Shown: piece by piece, positions 58,669 through 64,000 of the stretch
Position numbering within the stretch: the first letter of the stretch is position 1
Layout of the letters: each line of letters opens with the position of its first letter
Origin: a virus
DNA length: 64,000 bases
IMG/VR virus record: IMGVR_UViG_3300042691_021876
Coordinates: 32,001 to 96,000 of that record
Strand: one strand, 5' to 3'
The notes under the pieces: generated by a model
Databases searched by the model: none
Seen by the model: only the letters and a program-made list of their open reading frames with translations
What the model was told of the DNA's origin: nothing
Translations under genes and position numbers: made by a program

Positions 58669-59286
58669 CTATTTAGACTTATGAATTGTTGATAAGATTC
58701 CTGAAATGTATAAAGCAGCATTTTTTATAGCTGTCTTCTCAGCAACAGTAAATCTGTGCTTATCTTTAACAAATTCTACACCTAATACTCCGTGCAGTTT
58801 ACCAGATGGAGTTTTTAAACATGCCATAAAAAGTGACTGACAGCCTGTTTCATTAGCGCTATCACTTAATCCATACGAGTTTGTGTTAGGGTCAGTCATA
58901 TCGTATACTTCCAATATATTTTTATCAGCAATTTCTTTTAATGATTTACTAAAAAAACTTGTTGGCACGTTTTGAAATGATTGTTGAATAAAAGAAGTAC
59001 CTGTACTTACAACTTCATAAAAAACGCTAAACTTTTTTATTGATACTCCTGATGAATAATAATGTCCACCGTTATGAAACTGTGTAACCCATATACGGTC
59101 GCATCCTATATTAGTAAGAAGTGCTTGTATTTGCTCATCAACTTGTACGTCAATTAACATTTCTTCATACATTGGATCTGTTTGCTTTTTACGGCTTAAC
59201 TTGTTTTTTACAACTTCCAAAATACTCGGGCCAATCACTGCCGTAATTAACGCCACTCCTATTGTTGCTATAATAGATGCTTCCAT
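58669..59286 (-). CDS. N-terminal TM plus GAF-like domain protein (putative T4 T-type holin)
   Basis: single N-terminal TM; DRIWVTQFHNGG...GVLGVEF GAF-like pattern. Confidence 0.5.
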   Translation of the reverse strand: MEASIIATIGVALITAVIGPSILEVVKNKLSRKKQTDPMYEEMLIDVQVDEQIQALLTNIGCDRIWVTQFHNGGHYYSSGVSIKKFSVFYEVVSTGTSFIQQSFQNVPTSFFSKSLKEIADKNILEVYDMTDPNTNSYGLSDSANETGCQSLFMACLKTPSGKLHGVLGVEFVKDKHRFTVAEKTAIKNAALYISGILSTIHKSK

Positions 59287-59298
59287 TCTTTAATGATT

Positions 59299-59439
59299 TT
59301 ATCGGCCTTGTCCTCTATAAGCTTTCGGTCTTTGTTCTTTAGGACCGTATTGCTTTTTAGCTTTGCCTGTCTTTTTTGATTTTGATTTGTAAGCTGATGT
59401 TGAGCTTGTTGTTCCTGATTTCTTTGTTACTTTTGCCAC
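59299..59439 (-). CDS. 46-aa very basic protein ending YRGQGR (absent from the ORF track)
   Basis: GTG start; MAKVTKKSGTTSSTSAYKSKSKKTGKAKKQYGPKEQRPKAYRGQGR; fills the gap between two genes. Confidence 0.7.
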   Translation of the reverse strand: MAKVTKKSGTTSSTSAYKSKSKKTGKAKKQYGPKEQRPKAYRGQGR

Positions 59440-60011
59440 TGTTTTTTGTGCATTTTTTTGAATTGCTCGTAACTAAGAATTCCTTTTTGTTTTGCCACGT
59501 CATCATCGTCATCATCTCCGAATTTGTCGCCCGAGCCGATTGTACCCGGTCCTGGTGCAGATACATTGCCCATACCTGGTGTATTATTGACACTTGCTTG
59601 CGGTGCAGAAAAACCTCCTGCAGCGGATGCAGCACCAGTATCTTCGGTTAATTGAGCAACTTCTTGTTTACTAGGTTGCTTTCCGGTTTCAATAAATTCC
59701 ATAAATGTTTTAATTAAGTTATCTTTGTGATCTCTAAGCGTTGGTTCGTATTGCATTGCGGCTTGGGCTGATTGTGTATACCATTTGTGTCCAGCGGAAA
59801 CTCCAGGTAGCCACTCATTTACTTTAGCTTCATCAGCATGATCTGGTAGACCTTCATGCTTGGTTTCAGCAAAATCTTTAAGTTGCTGCAATGTCATGCT
59901 ATCAGCAAGATCTTTTACTTCTTGACTTGCATCTTTAGGGTCCATGTCTCCTTTTTTCAAAGCATAGGCCATACCCATTAAACGTTGTTGTGCTTTACTT
60001 GTAGACGGCAT
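59427..60011 (-). CDS. DUF3008-like protein
   Basis: MPSTSKAQQRLMGMAYA.KKG...SMT..QLKDFA.TKHEGLP. Confidence 0.7.
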   Translation of the reverse strand: MPSTSKAQQRLMGMAYALKKGDMDPKDASQEVKDLADSMTLQQLKDFAETKHEGLPDHADEAKVNEWLPGVSAGHKWYTQSAQAAMQYEPTLRDHKDNLIKTFMEFIETGKQPSKQEVAQLTEDTGAASAAGGFSAPQASVNNTPGMGNVSAPGPGTIGSGDKFGDDDDDDVAKQKGILSYEQFKKMHKKQWQK

Positions 60012-60012
60012 C

Positions 60013-60825
60013 TTATTTATTAATTTTACCTGCTCTTACTCTATCACGAGATACGGAGTTAAGATATTTTATTTCATCAGCAGATAACTTTGGTTCAATA
60101 AGTTTTTTCCATTTACCTTCTTGTTGATTTTTAGGAAGATTTAAGAAGTCTATAACTTCCGGATCATCTTTTAATTTTGCAAGAATCTTATTTACGGCTG
60201 TATCTCTTTTGTGCTCATTCCACCAATCTTTTAAATCATCAATAGGATGAAAGTCCAATTTATTTGAAAGCAATGCGAATTGACCTGCAACTGCAGCAGC
60301 TTGCAATAATATAACAGCAGTCATTAAAGCGCTTTCATTAAGATCTGTATAATCTTCAGATTCTTTTAATCCAAATATAGCTCTAACTTTATCTAATTCT
60401 TTTTTGTCACCAGATAAAGTCATAACGCCATTCATTTGTCCGACAATCTCAAATTTTAAAGGATTTAATTCTCTTTGAATTTTTTTATCATTCCATATAG
60501 AATATGGATGTCCGGAAATTTCTAGAGTGTCTTCATCAAGAACATCTTCAGATTCTTTAATGAACTTGCCACCTTTCACAGGAACTATTACATACTTTAA
60601 ACCGTAATGGGATTTCTCACCTGGTGATAAATTAGCATTCATTCTTTTTGCTTTAGCTTTGGCATTATCAAGTGTCAATAGCCATTCATCTTTAGGCACA
60701 TCCATTCCAGCATATCCTTTAGCGTCTCTTGGTCGAGGTTTATCACCAATACTTCCGCCAACCAACATTACTGCATAGTCATTAGCTTCATTAATAAAGT
60801 CTTCGTATAGTTTTATGTGTTTCAT
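60013..60825 (-). CDS. hypothetical protein with capsid-targeting-like N-terminus
   Basis: MKHIKLYEDFINE; internal KES/LNE linkers. Confidence 0.7.
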   Translation of the reverse strand: MKHIKLYEDFINEANDYAVMLVGGSIGDKPRPRDAKGYAGMDVPKDEWLLTLDNAKAKAKRMNANLSPGEKSHYGLKYVIVPVKGGKFIKESEDVLDEDTLEISGHPYSIWNDKKIQRELNPLKFEIVGQMNGVMTLSGDKKELDKVRAIFGLKESEDYTDLNESALMTAVILLQAAAVAGQFALLSNKLDFHPIDDLKDWWNEHKRDTAVNKILAKLKDDPEVIDFLNLPKNQQEGKWKKLIEPKLSADEIKYLNSVSRDRVRAGKINK

Positions 60826-60852
60826 AATGTGTAATTTACTATGTCTGTAATT

Positions 60853-61560
60853 TTATTTAGCTTGCTTAACTGCATTAACTAATTCAATGATGGCATCGTA
60901 CAATTCTGTATCATAACTAGTTCGCATATGATATCCAGAAACAATCGTTTTGAGTGCATTTGCTGCATTCTTAACTTCTTGGTTATAATCTTTATAATAT
61001 TGTGCTATATCAGTTATAGCAGTTCTTTCTGTTAAAGCTTTCTGCGCATCTTCATTTAAGAAGTCTACAGATTCTTTTAAATACCCTTCATCAGAATATC
61101 CTGCAATATATGAAATATCACCTTTTGCTGAGCCCTCTAAAAATTTAACTTTAGTTTTTGAGTCTCTTGCTAATTCTATCACTTCAAACTTACCGTGCTT
61201 TGGATGATTATAAATTTCTCCAACTACAAATTTTGAATACTCATTAACGGCAGATTCTTCAAGTTTACTTTCTGACATATATTCGTAAACATCACCTTTA
61301 AAGTTTTGAAGACCACGCTCTTTACTATAATATAAAGTTAATAGTTGGTTATTGCGAGTTAGCACCTCAATTTCTTTAATATTACTTGAGCCGCCAAATA
61401 TTTTTTTTACTGTGTACTTTCCTACATCACCAGTTCTTGTATTTGTTAATTCTATAGTATCTTTTGCTTTTATCTTAGATACGTCAAATTCTTCATTGAC
61501 TGCTAATTCTTGTAGTTTACTTTCAGCAATAAAATTTTCATATGTTTGTATATGTTTCAT
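60853..61560 (-). CDS. hypothetical protein with capsid-targeting-like N-terminus
   Basis: MKHIQTYENFIAE; internal VNE/LNE linkers. Confidence 0.7.
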   Translation of the reverse strand: MKHIQTYENFIAESKLQELAVNEEFDVSKIKAKDTIELTNTRTGDVGKYTVKKIFGGSSNIKEIEVLTRNNQLLTLYYSKERGLQNFKGDVYEYMSESKLEESAVNEYSKFVVGEIYNHPKHGKFEVIELARDSKTKVKFLEGSAKGDISYIAGYSDEGYLKESVDFLNEDAQKALTERTAITDIAQYYKDYNQEVKNAANALKTIVSGYHMRTSYDTELYDAIIELVNAVKQAK

Positions 61561-61563
61561 TAC

Positions 61564-61905
61564 TTATACTTTATTTAATTGCTGAATAGCACGATGAACT
61601 CTTTCACCAAGGCTAGATAGCTTATATGTTTTCTTTCCATTTTTTTCAGTAATCTTAAAGTACTGTGGATTCTTGGTTAACCATTTTCTTGAAGTGCTAC
61701 CGCCAGTTTCTTCGTTCATAGATTTCATAAATTCCATCATATCTTCATATGACACTGTTCCGTTTTCTTTAACGAACGATAAAACCTTTTCACGGACAGG
61801 TCCGTGTTGGTTAACATTTTTAGAAGGATAGATGTCAGTGTATTTTCTTTTTACTGTCACCTTTGCTTCATTTATAAATTCTTCAAAGCTATATATGTGG
61901 CTCAT
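61564..61905 (-). CDS. basic winged-helix-like protein with capsid-targeting-like N-terminus
   Basis: MSHIYSFEEFINE; REKVLSFVKENGTVSYEDM...YKLSSLGER. Confidence 0.6.
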   Translation of the reverse strand: MSHIYSFEEFINEAKVTVKRKYTDIYPSKNVNQHGPVREKVLSFVKENGTVSYEDMMEFMKSMNEETGGSTSRKWLTKNPQYFKITEKNGKKTYKLSSLGERVHRAIQQLNKV

Positions 61906-62000
61906 TATTCTCCTTGTCCTTTTTTAATCAGATAATACCATAACCAAATTAATTTTGGTCTTATAAATTCATATCCTAGCCAAAGTAATACGTATCCCAT
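61905..62000 (-). CDS. 31-aa aromatic/hydrophobic peptide (absent from the ORF track)
   Basis: MGYVLLWLGYEFIRPKLIWLWYYLIKKGQGE; follows the late motif at 62020-62027; TAATG coupling to the next gene. Confidence 0.55.
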   Translation of the reverse strand: MGYVLLWLGYEFIRPKLIWLWYYLIKKGQGE

Positions 62001-62025
62001 TATCTGAAGTTATTTGGTTTATATA

Positions 62026-63759
62026 TCAATAATAAGTGTACTTATCAAAGGCTGTTTTAATCTCGTTCCAAAACGGCCATACCACAGGAGGTGTTAAAGC
62101 GCAGAATTGTTTGTATGTATCTTTTTCAAGACTATCCGTTAATGTCTTACGTTGTAAATCTTTAATAGCATTGATTTTCACCGGTTTATCTTCTATTCGG
62201 TTAATGATATGTAAACCTTCTGCTTCTTTTTGTAATGAATCCGTTGTATGATCTACATTAACTGTAATAGGTTCATATTTAGGGCGTATTACATTGATGA
62301 TTTGACCGTATGAATACTTATCTATCATTTTGTAACCAACAAAAAGATCTTCGTGATTAATCACAAACGGTGCTATGATTTTTTCAACGTTTTCAGGATT
62401 TGCGCCAAATGTCTTTTTATGCAAGTCATTACAGTGTACAAGTAAACATTTAGTTTTGTTTGCTGTAAATAAACGTTCTGCTTCATCAAGAATACGATTA
62501 GTTAGTAAAGCACCGTTAGTCACAATAACATTTACAGGAACTTTACCCTTAATACCTTTACGGTCTGGGTCAAAGAATCTTGAAAGTAAATGAACAGATT
62601 TTACATAATCTGGTTCTGGCTTAACATATTGTTCTGCAATGTTTTCTTCTTTAAGAATTGTTGAAAATTCTAAGAAACTATAATCGTCACCAATTACTTT
62701 ATCCAATTCTTCAATCTTTGAGTTAAAACGATTAACCACTGATTCTGTAAGTAACCCGCTTGCAAATTTTGGCTTTCTGAAGTTTGCCAAGAATACTGAA
62801 AATAAGTATTCATAACGATTATCATTATCAAGTATTAGTCGAGTTTTAGGATTCTTAATAAACTTTTCATTTAATCCGCCAGTCTTTGCAAGAAAAGTTG
62901 GTTTTTGCATTTCAGAATCCAAATAATTCTTACCGCGCTTATCTACATAATCATTAAAGATTTCTGATACTGCATCAATGTAAGATTCGTCAATACGATT
63001 TGATACTGGCTTAATACCCATGATATTAAAAGTATCAACATGCTCAAGAATATCCATAAGTAACAAGTCAAACATATGACTACGTTTTTCACTTATTACC
63101 TTTTCATCTTTCTGAGAGATTTTAAATAACTGATCTTCAGATTCAAATATCATTGCTTCAATATTAGGATGTATCTGATTAAGATATCCTTTGGTATTAA
63201 AACTTTCAGTAAGCATTAGTGGTTCTTCCTCATTCTTTGCAATTTGCACTAATGAATTAATTAAAGATTCATCAAGTTGCCCAACATGTAAAGGCTCTGC
63301 ATATTCAACGTTCATGATCTTTGCATATCTACGATATACTTCAGTTTCATTCACATCACGAGTTACGTCGTTTTTCTTATCACGAATAGTTATATCCGTT
63401 AAGATAAGACCATTCTTAGGACGACGCTCGTATTCAGTTTGTAAAGGAGAGTTAGTTGGGAACCAAGAAAATCCAAATCTGTGGCGAAGAGGTAAGTCTT
63501 TGCGAATTTCGTATGGAAGATTCTCGATGTAATTGATAGCACTTTCGTAAAGATCACTAAGTGTACGGTCTATCTTGTTAATAGGAGTCTTGCCATTTTT
63601 TCCGTAAAAGACAAGTTTATAGTTGTGCGCATTTTTCTCAAATGAAAAACGATAGGCATCGAATTTTTCGGTTATGCGGACATCACGAGTAAGGATTTCT
63701 CTTAATCCTGCTTCCCCGTGTCTTTTGTATAGTTCAGATATGTGTTTAATTCCTGCCAT
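62026..63759 (-). CDS. hypothetical protein with degenerate ligase-like N-terminal motif and possible degenerate nucleotidyltransferase C-terminus
   Basis: ITEKFDA resembles ligase motif I (EKxDG); C-terminal Rossmann-like VNVIV segment lacks HxGH. Confidence 0.45.
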   Translation of the reverse strand: MAGIKHISELYKRHGEAGLREILTRDVRITEKFDAYRFSFEKNAHNYKLVFYGKNGKTPINKIDRTLSDLYESAINYIENLPYEIRKDLPLRHRFGFSWFPTNSPLQTEYERRPKNGLILTDITIRDKKNDVTRDVNETEVYRRYAKIMNVEYAEPLHVGQLDESLINSLVQIAKNEEEPLMLTESFNTKGYLNQIHPNIEAMIFESEDQLFKISQKDEKVISEKRSHMFDLLLMDILEHVDTFNIMGIKPVSNRIDESYIDAVSEIFNDYVDKRGKNYLDSEMQKPTFLAKTGGLNEKFIKNPKTRLILDNDNRYEYLFSVFLANFRKPKFASGLLTESVVNRFNSKIEELDKVIGDDYSFLEFSTILKEENIAEQYVKPEPDYVKSVHLLSRFFDPDRKGIKGKVPVNVIVTNGALLTNRILDEAERLFTANKTKCLLVHCNDLHKKTFGANPENVEKIIAPFVINHEDLFVGYKMIDKYSYGQIINVIRPKYEPITVNVDHTTDSLQKEAEGLHIINRIEDKPVKINAIKDLQRKTLTDSLEKDTYKQFCALTPPVVWPFWNEIKTAFDKYTYY

Positions 63760-63809
63760 TTGTTTTTCGGCTTTACGGTTATGTTTTAACCTGGTTAGTT
63801 ATTTGTTAT

Positions 63810-64000
63810 TTATCCTAAGTCATCAGGCAGCGGCAATTTAGCATCTACCAATTTCTGTTCAAAATCTTTATATAGAGCACTTCTAACTTCAGGGTATTTA
63901 AAATCAGATGAATCTAAAAGAGCTTTTAATTTCTCGTAAGTATTTATATCATTAGGTGTATGTTTGCCGTTAAAAAGCAATGCCACAACATCTGTAGGCG
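63810..64000 (-). CDS. partial CDS (C-terminus), hypothetical
   Basis: open frame from the window edge: PTDVVALLFNGKH...KLPLPDDLG*. Confidence 0.55.
   Translation of the reverse strand, partial: PTDVVALLFNGKHTPNDINTYEKLKALLDSSDFKYPEVRSALYKDFEQKLVDAKLPLPDDLG

Noticed and set aside
59357-59651. 92-aa minus and 91-aa plus ORFs in the track
   Set aside because: They overlap the DUF3008-like gene and the 46-aa basic ORF, which explain the region better
1-64000. Stop-codon reassignment as in some jumbo and crAss-like phages
   Set aside because: Genes are full length in the standard code, and TAG and TGA both end conserved genes
1-64000. tRNA, rRNA, introns or homing endonucleases
   Set aside because: None recognisable by eye; intergenic gaps are short and nrdA, nrdB and terL are uninterrupted. 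A covariance scan was not possible

Overview
A 64-kb segment of an AT-rich, T4-related jumbo myophage. All credible genes are on the minus strand and use the standard genetic code. The host is probably Bacteroidota, inferred from TAnnTTTG-type promoters and A-rich leaders without Shine-Dalgarno sites. The window holds a tail module (sheath, tube, gp26/gp51-like, tape measure), packaging and head genes (terminase, portal, gp2, gp4, gp14- and gp15-like) and a full replisome: a B-family DNA polymerase split into two genes 12 kb apart, clamp and clamp loader, helicase, UvsX, gp46/47, RNase H, topoisomerase II and an NAD-dependent ligase. It also encodes RNR and two sigma factors, one ECF-type and one gp55-type. 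The most notable observations are: (1) an extended NAD+/ADP-ribose recycling operon in which a NARP1-like pair brackets two ADP-ribosylhydrolase-family genes; (2) a three-tier promoter cascade readable from the DNA; (3) a family of unrelated cargo proteins sharing a T4-like capsid-targeting N-terminus, including a PRTase-fold enzyme; (4) two A9 slippery sites with -1 frame extensions; (5) a hairpin that would block translation of a late gene on read-through transcripts. All family assignments come from motif recognition by eye, not database searches.
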